DNA of 64,000 nt from Psammoneis japonica (taxonomy: Eukaryota): contig QPGO01000068.1 of assembly GCA_008632985.1 (NCBI GenBank), positions 186,001-250,000 on the forward strand, written 5' to 3'. The notes beneath the pieces were generated by a model. It saw only the letters and a list, made by a program, of their open reading frames with translations, was not told the origin of the DNA and made no database searches. Position 1 is the stretch's first letter. Each line of letters begins with the position of its first letter. A program made the position numbers and the translations under genes. This document shows positions 49,110 to 60,979 of this stretch, in pieces.

Positions 49110-50929
49110 ATGGCGTCATTTCGAGTAGCCTCGTGTATGGCACTCTGCCTCTTGTGTTCCAGTGAAGCGTTTGTTCCAGCGACGCAAAAGTCTCGAAATC
49201 ATGTTTCTATTCGCCACAAAGAACCGCTCTTTGTCGCGAAAGAACTCAAGAGTGACCTGGCCCAAAAGAAGCAAAGACGAATCAAAGTCAAAACAATAGA
49301 TCCACAACGAACGAAAAAGAAGAAAATCTCTGATGGGGCTGAATACCAACGGTTGGAAATGCTGAACCACGAATTGTTGACAAAAGAACAAGAGTTTGAT
49401 CTCGGAAGCAAAATTAAAAAAGCCAGTAAGCTCCGGGAAGATGCAATTGAATTTATTGAGAAAAAGAGGGCTGAATCCATAAACGACGACGAAGTCAACT
49501 TGATGGCTGCGGAGGACTCTTATTTATCAGAGCTTGTAGAGGGCGACGATTTTGGCCACTTGTCGATTCATAACATGGATGATTCAGCGGTATCTTCAGA
49601 GATCGAATCTGTACCGCTCATTGACGTGGAGTACCTGTCGACGAGCTTTCTGAAAAATAATGTAGCGGATGGAACACAACAGCTCTCGGATGTTGGTCCG
49701 CCTCTGGATGATGGGTTGCTTACAGACGAAGATATTATTGTAGGACTCGGACTTAAAGGTGGCCGGGCCGAACTTCAGCAAACACTGGTCGATGGTGCGC
49801 TTGCTAGAGATGAATTGATCCGGAGTAACATTCGGCTTGTAGTGAGTATTGCAAAGCGGTGGGCCAAGCAAAGCGCGAGACACACGGCTGCAGAGGGTTC
49901 AAGGTTGAGTCTCTATGCCGGTGGCTGGGACAGACCGAGTCTGGATGAAGCTATACAGGAAGGGATATTGGGACTGGCTCGTGCTGCGGACAAGTTTGAT
50001 CCCAACCGCGGCCTTCGATTCTCCACGTATTCTACCTGGTGGGTGACATCTCATGTCAGAACCTGTTTTCAGCGAGCAGTGACTGGCTGTCTTCATGTTC
50101 CGGCGAATCTGCACGAGATCAAGGTGCGTGACTTCGACACACTTCTAAGTTTTCTTCTTGCTTTCGTCGTCGTCTTACCACACATGCCCCCGTCTCTTCA
50201 TTTCTTAGCTTTCGCACAGTTCTATTTTGAAAAGATGCTACAGTGCCAATGAAGAAATTCCTTCCGAGGAGGACATTGCAGAGGAGATTGGAGTCACTGT
50301 TAAACGGCTCAGAACAGCTCTTCGTTACACGCAGTCTCTTCTGTCGATTGATGCCCCGGTTGGAACGAGTCCAAGCTTTTCAAAGGGTAGCAATGCTGGT
50401 GGTCTGGATGGCAATGTCATGCTTCTTTCAGACACCTTGCAATGGTGAGTGGCAAGCAGTGGTGTTGATTTATGCTTGACACGCTTTTGTGTGTGACTCA
50501 AGTGTGTCAATGCGTTCTTTCAGTGGCGAGGCTATTCCCGAGGATTGGGTAGAATTATCTTTTCTAAGACAGTGCTTGGAGAATGCAATGGCCGCTGAAC
50601 TCTCGCCACATGAACGGGATGTGTTGCGGTTACGCCTAGGCCTCGACGATGGTGTCACGAGGACCGTCAGAGAGGTGGTTGAAGTATGCGGTGGATCAGT
50701 TAGCATAGCAGGTAAGAAATACCGAGATCGGTGTTAATGTTCTCTCCTCTTTATCCAGTCCTCTCAATTCTGACGCCACCTCTTGTTTTGTACTACAGAT
50801 GTCCGTCGAGCAGAGAAACGTGCATTCAAGAAACTGAGGTCGCCTTACGCAGTTCAAACCTACCAGCTGCTTTCATATCTGGACTTTGCAGGTGTGGATG
50901 CAAGAGAGCATGCCATTGCTGGTAGATAG
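49110..50929 (+). CDS. Nuclear-encoded plastid RNA polymerase sigma-70 factor (introns 50124-50208, 50445-50523, 50712-50798)
   Basis: LLTKEQE, NIRLVVSIAK, IQEGILGL.RAADKFDPNRGLRFSTYSTWW, ERDVLRLRLGLDDG, VRRAEKRAFKKLR; SEA-FVP targeting motif. Confidence 0.95.
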
Positions 50930-50967
50930 CAGCCGTTCAAAAACAAACAAAAACTTTAGATTTCTCA

Positions 50968-51821
50968 CCAACGCGGACGGATTTAAATCTGATAGAAGAT
51001 ATTTTTTTACTCTGAAGGACTTCTTTCTTAGTAAACTTGTTCCCATTACTTCGTTAGGTCGGTTCGTTCCCCTAGCAGAAAATCGTAATCCCCATCTAAA
51101 AGGTTGTGCATGGCACAACAAAGTCGAGTTATTGCTGTGCCGATGCCTTCTGGTGACGACGCTATGAATATGTTGTGTTTCTTTCCTCAAGAATTGCATT
51201 GCCAATTTCTCTCGGAGGAACAACGGAATTCTTCGCTTTTGCTTCAGAAAGGGGATACGATGCTGGTGAAGCCTTTGTTTCGGCTTCCCGTGCGCGGGGA
51301 GGCCCTTCGGGTGCCGGGAATTCAGTGGTATTACACCACACGGACGGATTTAAATCTGTTAAAAGAGAAAAAAAGTGTCGATTCACTTTGAAGAAAGGGC
51401 TCTATTAGTAAGATTATTCGCTTTGCTGCGTTAGGTTGGCTCGCTTCGTTTCCCCTCGCAGCATCCGTCAAGAGAGAAAGTGTCGATTTACTCTGTAGAA
51501 CGTGCTTTATAGTAAAATTATTCGCATTACTTCGTTAGGTTGGTTCGCTTGTTTCCCCTCGCAGCAAATCGTAATCCCCATCTCAAAGGTTGTGCATTGC
51601 ACAACAAAGTCGAGTAATATCGCTGTGTCGATGCCTTCTGTTGACGACGCTATTAATGTGTTGTGTTTCTTTCCTCAGGAAGTGTATTGCCAATTTTCGC
51701 TCGGAGGAAACACGGAATTCTTTGGTTTTGCTTCAAAAGCGGAAATGATGCTGGTGAAGCCTTTGTTTCGGCTTCCCGTGCGCGGGGAGGCCCTTCGGGG
51801 TGCCGGCGATTCAGTGGTATT
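50968..51821 (+). repeat. Tandem duplication of the convergent 3'-end region (~50968-51331 vs ~51336-51821)
   Basis: cggacggatttaaatctg, cattacttcgttagg and gatgctggtgaagcctttgtttcggcttcccgtgcgcggggaggcccttcggg each occur twice. Confidence 0.92.
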
Positions 51822-54800
51822 TCCAGGAGAGTCCTTTCTGACTGGAGGAGTTGCGGGGCTAGGTGCCCTTCCTGCTTTTAGCGAGGGGCTAGTAGGAGCC
51901 CTGTCTGATGTAGGCGCGGGACTAGGAGCCCTGGCTGTTTCAGACGCAGGGCTCGCGGTCCTAGGGCTAGGAGCTCTGGCTGATTTTGGCGGCCACTTGG
52001 GTGAGTCCACGACGACCTTCTCAGCTTGACTGACACCATTTCCTTTTTCTTTCGATGAATCACTACTCGCACCGTTCTGCGTTGCTGTTGGCACCGCAAA
52101 CTTATCCGGGCCCCACCTTTCCTCTATGTCTGATACCGTATCCTCGACGGAGTTGTTGTTCTCGCCTCTCCGTCGTGATTGCCGTTGAGATGACGCTGTT
52201 GCAGTGTGGAAGTCCGAAGATGCATCTGAAGGTGGAGTTTCAACAAACCTTACTCGACCATTTCTCGGGGCTGTGTACTCGTTTCTTTTTGATGGTTCTT
52301 GAGCCGGTACTTCGACAACCTCTATCGGTTCGACAGCACGCGATTCGCGACTTTTTGGTTCGGCGCGGTCTCTTGGAATCATCAGATTCTTTTGAGCGGC
52401 TACGGATGGCACAGAATAGGGACTTAGCAGTTCGGGTGGTTCTGAATTAGCGCCACTGCCGCTAGTGGGAGACGACGCCCAATTGGCATCGGAGTTTGTC
52501 GTATCAATAATCGCTTCATGTTGCCGAAGATCTGACAACGTAGTGTTCATACTCAAGTTAGGTTGCTCCAGTGACATTTTGAGCTCTCGCAGAGACGAGT
52601 TGAAACGGTTCGAATCCGTGCTGTCGGGACTAAGGGGTGGGTCTTCGCTATCTGTAATTGGCTCCTCTGGACTAATCTCTTTCATCATCGCCCTTCCAAA
52701 CAGAGCACTTGCATATGCTTTTACCGCCGATAACCCTGGCTCCGGCTCTGGAGACCCGACCGATCTTGGGATTGCAGTTTCAGATTTATCAACGGAAGGT
52801 TGCGTCGGCGGTTTTTGCACTTTGAAGGGGGTTATTCCTAGTCTTGATTCATCCGATATCTCACTCACTTCTGGGGTATCACTATCTGAATCGTCCGGGA
52901 AAATCGAGCTTTCGTCGAGAGAGCCAAAAGTATCCTCTGAGGTGTCATCAAGAATATCAGGGGGAGGCTGTGCTGTAATCTCAGGACCAGCAGTAGGGCT
53001 AATTGGAACCGGCTTCTGACCACTGGCTGAGTCGCTTAGATTGTCATAACCCATCGGCGAAGACGATGAAAGACCGATATCAAGTCCCCTTCCCTTTTCT
53101 TGATCGCTTTCCCTTCGTTTGCGCTCTTGTTTTTCTCTTCTTTTTTCGTATCGTTTTACAAATCTCGTCAGAAGCTGAACTTCGCGGACGATTTCGGACG
53201 TCAAAAGTGATTCAGAATCATTGCTATGTTCATCTCTTGCGACCGGAACAAGAATGATACTCCCATCTGTTCCATTCGGTAAGGGTACCTCTGATGTTGA
53301 GATCGTTCTCGAAAGCGTCGTTCTATGAGTAGGTACCGAAGAGTCTGAAGATGACAATTCTGGGTTGACGTTTCCCTTGATTGTCTGTGTCGCTGCAGCA
53401 GCTGTAACCGATGAAAATGGGTCCGAGAACCTTCTATTCTCAACGGGAAGGTTGCGATCATTTTTATTCTGCGATGAATTGCTGCTGTCTCCCTCGTCCA
53501 CAACATCTGATATGGAATCCGAGACAGGGCCCGAGAGAGTCCACTCGACTCCTTGGTCCTTTTCGACCTCTTCGTCCCCGTATGGAAAAGATCTAATAGC
53601 AAGTCCACCAACACTACCTCGAGACTGCTGTGATGCAGGAGAGCCAAAGACTGTTGCACCTGATTCTTCTTGTATTGGATGCATTCCCCCAAAGACCCCT
53701 GGTGATCCATAATACCCATCCCCATTGATATTTCTCTTCTGCAATATACGTTGTTGAGCATGCGGCTCCATAGGTGGATACCTCACAATCACCGCACGTC
53801 CTTCTCGATCAGGTTCCTACAAGTAGAAACATTTTTACAATTGGCATCCGGTGAGAAATGGATTCTCTTGTGGCGACACAAAAATTCACAAGGTTGTGAA
53901 CTTACCTCTTGCTGATTCGCAAATTCTCCCCACACTCGTCGATCCAGCGATGCTGCCCATTTCAATTCACGCGCAAATTCATCTTCCCCCGATGATTCTG
54001 AATCAATTGTTTCAGACAGATAGCCCGACGATTCGTCGTCGTTCTGAGGAGTCACGGCGTCGGCAGGACTTCGAGCTATAAAGGAAGACACACCGCTTCG
54101 CGACTTGATGGAGCTCGTTGCGGGCCTCTGTCGTTGGGACGCCAACACTTTTTGACGGTTTCGTTTTTCAATGCGTCTCTTTCGCTTTTTCCACAAGACG
54201 TATCCGTAAAACCCCGTCATTACAACAAGCAACAAGACAATCAACGATCCAAACACAATCGAAACAGCGCTGGGTTTGTCACTGCCCTTATTATCGTTCT
54301 GAATCTCAGCCGAAGCCCCGGCGACATTATCGAATCCATCCGTGTTTTCTTGTGCATACTCTAAAAATTCCTCTTCGTTGAAATTTTCTATTGCCCTAGT
54401 GAGTGCGTCGTTTACCCTTTGTTGAAACTCTTCCTGGTCCACATTTTCGTCACCGTTTGAAACCAACGCTGAACCAGTGACCGTAAAGTCTACTTTGTTG
54501 ACTTGATCTTGCAGAAACCTCCCCAATTGGTTTTGATTCAATTCTATCTCCAGTGCCCGAAACGAACGACCCAATCTTCTTCTTCGTCTGCGGCTTTTCG
54601 GCGTTACTGTAAGGTCCACTGCAACATCGTTTGCTTGATCTCCAAGTTGTTCTTTCAACAATTCTGTCAAATACCCCGTGAGTGCCTCATCTGTCGATTG
54701 TGTCAGCTGTTCCATGTCCACATCTCCCACGACTGTGAGACCAAGGTCAAACGGTGGAAGCGGTGATTGCACGGGGTTTTGTGGAGGTGGAGTGAGCGAT

Positions 54801-55201
54801 GGTGCGCTAGGCTTTGGAGTTGATGGGGCAAGTGTCACAACTGGCTCGGGAGGACTGCTACTGGGCATCAAGGTACTACTACTTGGCTCAAGAGTCGGGG
54901 ACGCAGTTGGCATCGGAGAAGCAGTTGGATGGCTCGTTGGTGGTCGAGGTTGTGGGCCGCCCAATGCAAGGTATGTGGGATAAGGCGACACGGATGGTGT
55001 AGGAGTTACATTGATTTCTTCTTGTCTCGACTCTAACTCATTCGAAACGAAGACGTTGTTCTGCAAGTCTAGTGGCTCGTTTTGTCCGGTGATCCCCGTT
55101 GCTTGTGTAGTGTAGCAGCATGCCAATGCAGCCAAGCAGTAAATTCCAGGCTTCCATCGTATCCGTCGCCGTTTCCGTATTCGCTCCACCGGCATTCTCA
55201 C
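51675..55201 (-). CDS. Single-pass membrane protein with signal peptide, P/T/S-rich ectodomain and long tail (intron 53905-53817); paralog of the 45316-48587 gene
   Basis: TM SIVFGSLIVLLLVVMTGFYGYVLW + KKRKRR, WAASLDRRVW, EIVREVQLLTRFVKRYE. Confidence 0.8.
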
Positions 55202-56308
55202 TGGCGATGCTTCCCCTCTAGGAAATTCTTTCGTTTATAATCGTTTCATGTAAAATAGGATGGCTTTTGTGTTAGTCTCTTGCACCTCGACTGCGAACGC
55301 TTGTTCGAAAACTGCCGAGCAGGGCTTCTATGTTGTTTAGCGAGTGTGATGAGGAAGCGCGGTGATTTGGAAAAGTGCGGGGTCGAATTTTCCCGCCACT
55401 CACTTATCGGTTTCAACGTAATGATGTTACTAATCTATAAATACAAATATAATAATTTAACCTACGTAATTGTATAGACACAACGGAGATTTCGATCGTA
55501 GATAATCGGTAGTAAATTTATTGTACTTAACGTTACACATACAAGTAAAATTAAACTTCGTGAAAGAATGCTTTTCCATGATCGCTCTTTCGTGACATTC
55601 ATTCCCGCGCCACATTTTCCAAGATTAGCTCGTTGCTGTCTTGACCTTTTGTCAGAGCATTGAAGCAGAGTGGATGTTACACACGTTTTGTCGAATCAAC
55701 TTTTATGAAACAATGGAAGCTTCTTCGCAATGTCCTTTTAGCATGAGCGCAAGTGACAGATGGGATCTGTCCTCCTGGGGACGAGGAGACCATAGAAAGG
55801 TGGAAAAGATGGATGAATGGCGGCTGTGCACTGCTGTTGCTGAACTATGCATGGATTATGATACTGGGATAAAGTTATAGAGTCTTTTTTGCTCCACCAA
55901 CATACCGTAGAAGTACATAGACCTAACTAGCTAGCTAGAGTAATAGACGCTCTAATAGAGTAGAGAGCAAGGTACTGTAGGTAGTCCATCGGCAATACCG
56001 AACGAACTTCAGGTTCGCGCGAAACATTTTCCCGCGCAAAAGTGAAAAGTTGATGTCGGCAAAACGCGAACGCATACATACACGCATACACACACACACA
56101 CACACCGTACATGACATGAACATGAACACAAATTGCTCAAGCAACAAAACTGAATTCAATTCAATCCTAAAACTTGCACGACTCTTTAGAAAAAAAGCTT
56201 GGTCACGCAAATTGCCCAAGCAACAAGGCAATAAACCTGACGCACGGCAGAGGGGACAGTGAAACAAAAGCAACTTGTAGCGCCACAATGTTTGGACGAA
56301 CGTAAATT

Positions 56309-59300
56309 ATGAAACCTCTCCGAATATTCGAGATTTTGGTTCTTTTGCTGTGTGCATGCGGCGTCTTAGCATTGAGGAACACAACGTGACAACAAGAAAT
56401 GATCATGTCGTTGAAGCGGCTGTGCTGCCTCGAGGTGCGGATCCACCACCACATGTGTCATGGCATCTGGAACGCACATGGTACAAAAGCAGATACCTAA
56501 ACGCGATCCTGATAAGCCATGGCCACTCTTGACACGTCAATTAAAAGAGAAAACCGTTTCTTGCGATTGATACGCCGAACGAGTGAAGAATGTGAAGAAG
56601 AAAAGGGAGAAGAGCTTTCTGTCGAGGTTGCGTATGAGGACATTTGTAAGTAGTTCTTTTGAAAGAACACTTTTGCAATCGCCACCTTTGCACCTCTGGT
56701 ATTCACTCTCTCGATCCCCACGTAATAATTTCAGACGACACGCTTGTTTTCCTCTTCGTCGTATGGGTCCTTGGTTTTCTGTGCACGTTGATCGGTATGC
56801 CCAGTCTGGTGGGAGAAATATGCGCAGGATTTNNNNNNNNNNNNNNNNNNNNNNNNNNNNNNNNNNNNNNNNNNNNNNNNNNNNNNNNNNNNNNNNNNNN
56901 NNNNNNNNNNNNNNNNNNNNNNNNNNNNGAAGTCGACATTGCGCAATTGAAAGAGACTGGAGCGAGGTCTGTCGCAATAGCGATCACAGGTGCATCCATG
57001 GCAGTTGGAATTGGGCTCGCACTTGCGATAGCTGCTGGCGTAAACTCGAAATCAGCATTTGCTGTAGGTGCAAGCTTTGCACCAACATCAATCGGAGTGG
57101 CCAGCAATGCTCTTTCGGCCGGGAACGTGTTAAACACGCCTGTTGGTCAGCTCATTATCGCCGCTGGTGTCATTGATGATATCATTGGTCTCATCATCCT
57201 TGCAATGCTTGAGGTTGTTGTCGATGAAAACGCCAAGATAATTGACTATTTCATTCCGATAATATCGTCTGTTGGGTTTCTAATAGTCCTTGGAGGTTCA
57301 GCAGTGACATGGATGCCAAAACTGATTCAAAATATGATCTTTCCTCTTTTTGACGAGAAGTATCAAAATTTGGTTGGTTTGTTCTTGATGACGGCATTAG
57401 TTTTGGGCTATTTGCCGCTCTTGTTCTACACCAAGGCTAGCTATTTGACGGGCGCATTTCTAGCGGGTCTTACCTTTTCTCAGATCGAGTCCGTTCACGT
57501 ATCCTTTGTGGAACAGACCCATCACATCATGAAGTGGCTTTTGCGTATCTTCTTTGCGGCTAGTATTGGCTTCCAAGTGCCAATCAAAAATTTTGGGGAC
57601 TCACAGATTATCGCTTATGGCTTTTTGTATTGTAAGTTGTTCGTCCCATCTCCTTAAAAATGGAGTTGGTTTCATTCTACGACTGTTGCTACTGTGTATT
57701 CACTCTTGGCATCTGTTGGCATAACACAGACATTGCTGTCCTGGCGAAGCTACCTCTTGGTATTTTGGCGCCGAGGTTTCATGATTAGTGCCTGAGGGAT
57801 TTCCGTATGATCCGAGTAAACGTGATTCTTTGCTTGTTGGTCTTGCCATGTCTTGCCGAGGAGAATTCAGGTATGTCTCTTGTTCATCGTTTCAAACCAA
57901 TAGGGCTAAGCAGGACACTTCTTTTTTGTAACTCAAAATTGCTTAAATGTTTGCTCGACTACAGCTTTATCATCGCGGCGTTTGCGCTTGGAGAGGGACT
58001 TGTCGATGCTGACTTGTATTCATCTATTGTATTTGCCGTTCTTCTATCGGCCATCACGTCTCCCTTTGCTCTCTTAACTGCAATCAAGTATTTCAACCGA
58101 AAGTCAGAAGAATTCTTGGATAGTAATCCAATGTTGAAAGACGATGCAGGTTCAGATGAGACCATCCCACTGTATCTAGCCATCCAAGGTAGGACGGAGA
58201 ACCAATGGGGACTCCAGGAAACGTACCGGAAAAGCGCAAACAAATTGTCGTTAACCGTTATCGATCACCGCTCCTGGCATCCACGTGGGGCTAATGCTGT
58301 AGTCGTCACCGAGATGTATGTTCAAGATACAATCCTTCGCATCCACAACCCCGCTCTCTATTTGAAAGCAGATGACCCGATCCCAGGTACATCTAAATCC
58401 GATGTACCAAAGGAACTAAAGGCTTCTGCCTTGAATCCTCGACAAGCTCGTCGATTGCCTTTGATATTGAGGCGGAAGATGCGACCGTTGAGTCTCGAAT
58501 AGAAGAAATCCGAGCAGGTGTGTGTCCTGTCGCGTCGTGACTGATCACAGAGACATGCCGTCGATGCTTACTCCTTTCATGTTTTTTGCATACAGGTTTG
58601 TTGAAAGATCTCGGTCCTGATTCTGAGGTTGTTGTTTCGCAATGGCTCCCACATTTGTTTGGAACAAACATGATGGGGGCTGAGGAAGAACCAGAGATTG
58701 TTCTATCCGAAGATGACCAAGAACGGCTCCTTGGTGTACTTGTGCACATGCCTGACGAAGATAGAAACAAGCTACTAAAGAACCTTAACCGTGCGGTAGA
58801 AGAAGCTCACAAAGAGGAGGTTCCGCCTCCACCAGACTTTCCTACCTCTCCCAGGCTTCATCGTTTGCGCACCCGCTATCGTCAGGCGAGTGCACCTGTT
58901 GTGTTTGGCGAGGTTAGCGACGACAAGCGACTGTCGGGTAGTGTCCGACGCATCCGACAGCTAAGCTCTCCACAAGGCGGAACCCAATTTTTCAGACGAG
59001 GCAGTGGAGAAGTCGCGGATTCTGCAGGAAACGTGTACCGAGGAATGAGTCAGCCAATCCTGTCACAAGATGATCTTTGGGACATTGACGAAAAGGCACA
59101 AGACGCGGCACAGCAAGCGGTTGTTCCGCCACCAGAACAGATAGACTTGACGGGAGGACCAGCGTATGGAGGAGCTCATCGTAGAAAAGTAAAATCGGAT
59201 CTGACAGGCCTTATGAATGCGGGGCCGACTCTGGAAGATCGCTTGGGTGGAAACGTTCGTCGTGATTTGAGACGGCGCCCAGCGGCGGGTCAGCAACGAC

Positions 59301-59530
59301 GTCGTCCGTATCGACTTCGTGAGCGTCAACAGAGCTATCCTCCAATGCCAACACTGAACGAAAGCGTTTCTGCGCCAGTTACTGGTCTTTCCACAGTGCA
59401 GGAATCCGTAACCGAAAGTCGCGCCGGACTTGATCGGACCGGCTCCCCGTCCGCGCCGTCCATTGGCGAACATGATGCTCCACATCTCGACGAAGGAATG
59501 TTTGAGGAACCTAATTTAAAGCGATCGTAG
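56309..59530 (+). CDS. CPA2-family Na+(K+)/H+ antiporter with long C-terminal tail; start uncertain, spans the assembly gap and several introns/indels
   Basis: GMPSLVGEI.AG, APTSIGVA, AGVIDDIIGLIILA, GAFLAGL, IFFAASIGFQVP, GLAMSCRGEF motifs. Confidence 0.85.
56833..56928. other. Assembly gap (N run)
   Basis: Run of n characters. Confidence 1.
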
Positions 59531-59636
59531 AAAACTGGGGATGGCTACTTTGACAACATGGTACAAGGTTAAAAAGTAGATACAATTTTAAATGTTTGGG
59601 AGCCAAGCGAAACTACGCTTAGTGTTTCCTTGCCTC

Positions 59637-60830
59637 TTAATCCGCAGTGCCATAAGGAGGCGGCCCACATCCAATGAGTGGTGAATCTGATGCGTGTAGT
59701 GGTCGTTGCACGTTGCGATCCAACATGTGTTTTCGTCGTAGCTTCAAAGTCTCGTAATGCAGCTTCATGTCTGTTCCGTTGGCATTCCCCAAGATTCTGG
59801 CTTGTAAACAAAACCGACTTGTTTGATTTTCATCTTTATTCTGTTGCAATGGTTTTTGTCGTTCGACTAGGTCGTTCAAGACAAGTGTTGCTGCCTTGCT
59901 TGTGTTTTCTTCTCGTGCGTGTACTTCACCCATGACAAGGATCAAATCTCCGACAGCAACGTTGTTGGTTTGAACATGAGTGGGATTGGCAATCACCAAA
60001 ACAGACGGTTGATCCGAGAGACATGAGAGTACAGATTCAATGCCTGTGGGTGTCGCCTTTGGTGTCGTTGCGAGTTTCCGCTTTTTCCCCAGCAAGGAAG
60101 ACGATGCCGAGGGTGTTTTTGGACGATGAACCAGTTTTCGTTTTCCCGCAAGAGAAGATTTTGTGACAAGTCCTGTTCTTGGTTTTATCCCAGTCGAACT
60201 AGTAGCGCTAATGTTGTATGGATTTCTTGCAAAGAGACTATTTCGACGAGCCGGTGCAGGCCGTGCGCCGTCGAGTGAATCGCCCACAACGAGAAGCAAG
60301 AGTGCTTGTCCATCTGGCTGTGTATGTACATGTCGTTTCAAGAGGACACCCGTGATTCGCACCGAACGATTGACATAGATCATACCATGAGTACGCAATT
60401 CTGAGACTGTCAATATTTCTGCTGAACCAAACGTGACATTCCTCGATGGTAAACGTTGCCACGGTGGCAAATGCCCGACACTTTTCCTGACAGCAGACGA
60501 CGCGGCCGACTCATTAGCTGTCCGCGATTGTTCACCACGATTTTCTTCACTTATTGTATTACTTTCTTCTGAGCGATTTCCCTCCTCGTTTGCGGGTGTC
60601 TCTGGAACTGCAGCTGTCGCAGCTATGGGACGATGCTCCTCGACGGCATCAAAATGAGGACTTTTTCGCGTATCAGCAACATCATTACTTTTCGGTGCTT
60701 TAGAAATATTTTTTGAGCTTCGACTTGCTGCATAAGGATTAACGACTCTTATAATAGGCTGCTGATGCTGTTCAGGTGTATTATCCTTTTCTTGGACACA
60801 CTCCGGCTTGCCGTTAGACGATGAGTCCAT
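59637..60830 (-). CDS. TEN1-like (CST complex) OB-fold protein with insertions
   Basis: SVRITGVL, VGDLILVMGEV and LQARILGNANGTDMKLHYETLKLRR resemble the plant/animal TEN1 pattern (recalled, not searched). Confidence 0.55.
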   Translation of the reverse strand: MDSSSNGKPECVQEKDNTPEQHQQPIIRVVNPYAASRSSKNISKAPKSNDVADTRKSPHFDAVEEHRPIAATAAVPETPANEEGNRSEESNTISEENRGEQSRTANESAASSAVRKSVGHLPPWQRLPSRNVTFGSAEILTVSELRTHGMIYVNRSVRITGVLLKRHVHTQPDGQALLLLVVGDSLDGARPAPARRNSLFARNPYNISATSSTGIKPRTGLVTKSSLAGKRKLVHRPKTPSASSSLLGKKRKLATTPKATPTGIESVLSCLSDQPSVLVIANPTHVQTNNVAVGDLILVMGEVHAREENTSKAATLVLNDLVERQKPLQQNKDENQTSRFCLQARILGNANGTDMKLHYETLKLRRKHMLDRNVQRPLHASDSPLIGCGPPPYGTAD

Positions 60831-60979
60831 TGCCTCTCGAGAGAAAAAAAAATGCAACCGGTTTGAGCGCAGAATGCGAGCTCTTTTTTTCGGGAGCGCT
60901 CGGGGGAATTGCGTGACGCGAAAAGCGCGACGCGCGATAAAACAAAAAGATTTCGTCAGAAAAAAAAGCCGACTCAACC

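Noticed and set aside
56074..56105. (CA)n microsatellite
   Set aside because: Ordinary short repeat with no further structure.
57780..58440. Frameshifts in the CPA2 antiporter (~57786, ~58430)
   Set aside because: Same indel-error pattern, in a gene that also spans an assembly gap.
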